NCBI GenBank assembly: GCA_000442015.1
Contig: KE560959.1
Location: 1-64,000, forward strand
DNA length: 64,000 bases
Direction: 5' to 3'
From: Rozella allomycis CSF55
Taxonomy: Eukaryota
Positions 63,498 to 64,000 of the stretch are shown here, one piece after another; position 1 is the stretch's first letter; every line of letters starts with the position of its first letter. The notes below the pieces were generated by a model. That model had not been told where the DNA came from. It saw only the letters and a program-made list of their open reading frames with translations, and did not search any database. A program made the translations under genes and the position numbers.

Positions 63498-63678
63498 ATT
63501 TGAGAAGCTAGCTATCATTGAGGGGGTTATTGATCTTTCAACTTGCAATAAAAAGATTAGTCTAATTTTTATTGTTATCAGGTCCTTTTAATTGCTCACT
63601 GTAGCTCATAGTAGAAAATTAACATTTAACCGTTTGAGTCTTTGACGGTTGGTCATNCCCACTTTTGGGCTCGCGTAA

Positions 63679-63756
63679 CAATTGCACTTTGGAGCCCATT
63701 GTTTTGAGTTTTAGAGCCCATCCAAATTTGAAACAGTGGGCTCCAAAGTGCAATTG
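63679..63756. repeat. 78-bp element with perfect 20-bp inverted repeats
   Basis: caattgcactttggagccca (63679-63698) and tgggctccaaagtgcaattg (63737-63756). Confidence 0.85.
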
Positions 63757-64000
63757 CAGTAATGAGAATAAATAGAAAACGGAGCATTAAAATCACTTTT
63801 TAATAAATAGTTTTATTTAAATATAAGATAATGCAGCACCCACCTTGCTTGGTCGCCCTCTTTTCCTTTTGGGGGCACCATTTTCGTCAGAATCAATTTC
63901 TGGTTCCTTTTCTCTCCCTCGTGGAATAAGACTTCGAATGTCAGGAATATCTTTATTAAATAATAAATAAAATATTTTTACAATTTAACGGAGGATTCAA

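Overview
AT-rich, extremely gene-dense eukaryotic DNA with about 30 protein genes, one tRNA-Gly(TCC) and tiny (~25-31 nt) GT-AG introns. Flagellar genes (HYDIN, CCDC153/DRC12, XRRA1-like) sit beside a chitin-synthase chaperone (CHS7). This points to a zoosporic early-diverging fungus, probably Rozella/Cryptomycota (inference). Other genes include ATR, two tandem Oxa1 paralogs, POLD2, a CoA-transferase, RTP1/TANGO6, PGAP4-like plus a decayed copy, two ankyrin proteins, EDC4, RSU1, SWT1, NXT1, SEC2, Homer-like, SGF73, an FLVCR-type MFS, NOT1, ULP2, CRM1, uL10m, RPL12 and a PA-RING ligase. The main result: five consecutive HYDIN introns (19.6-21.6 kb) are each a head-to-tail array of 3-5 complete ~29-nt mini-introns joined AG|GT with no exon between them (20 units in total). 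This suggests recursive splicing of tandemly duplicated micro-introns. Also notable are repeated G-rich to C-rich strand-skew inversions and two divergent genes whose start codons overlap in one CATG. All family calls are from motif recognition by eye; no searches were run.
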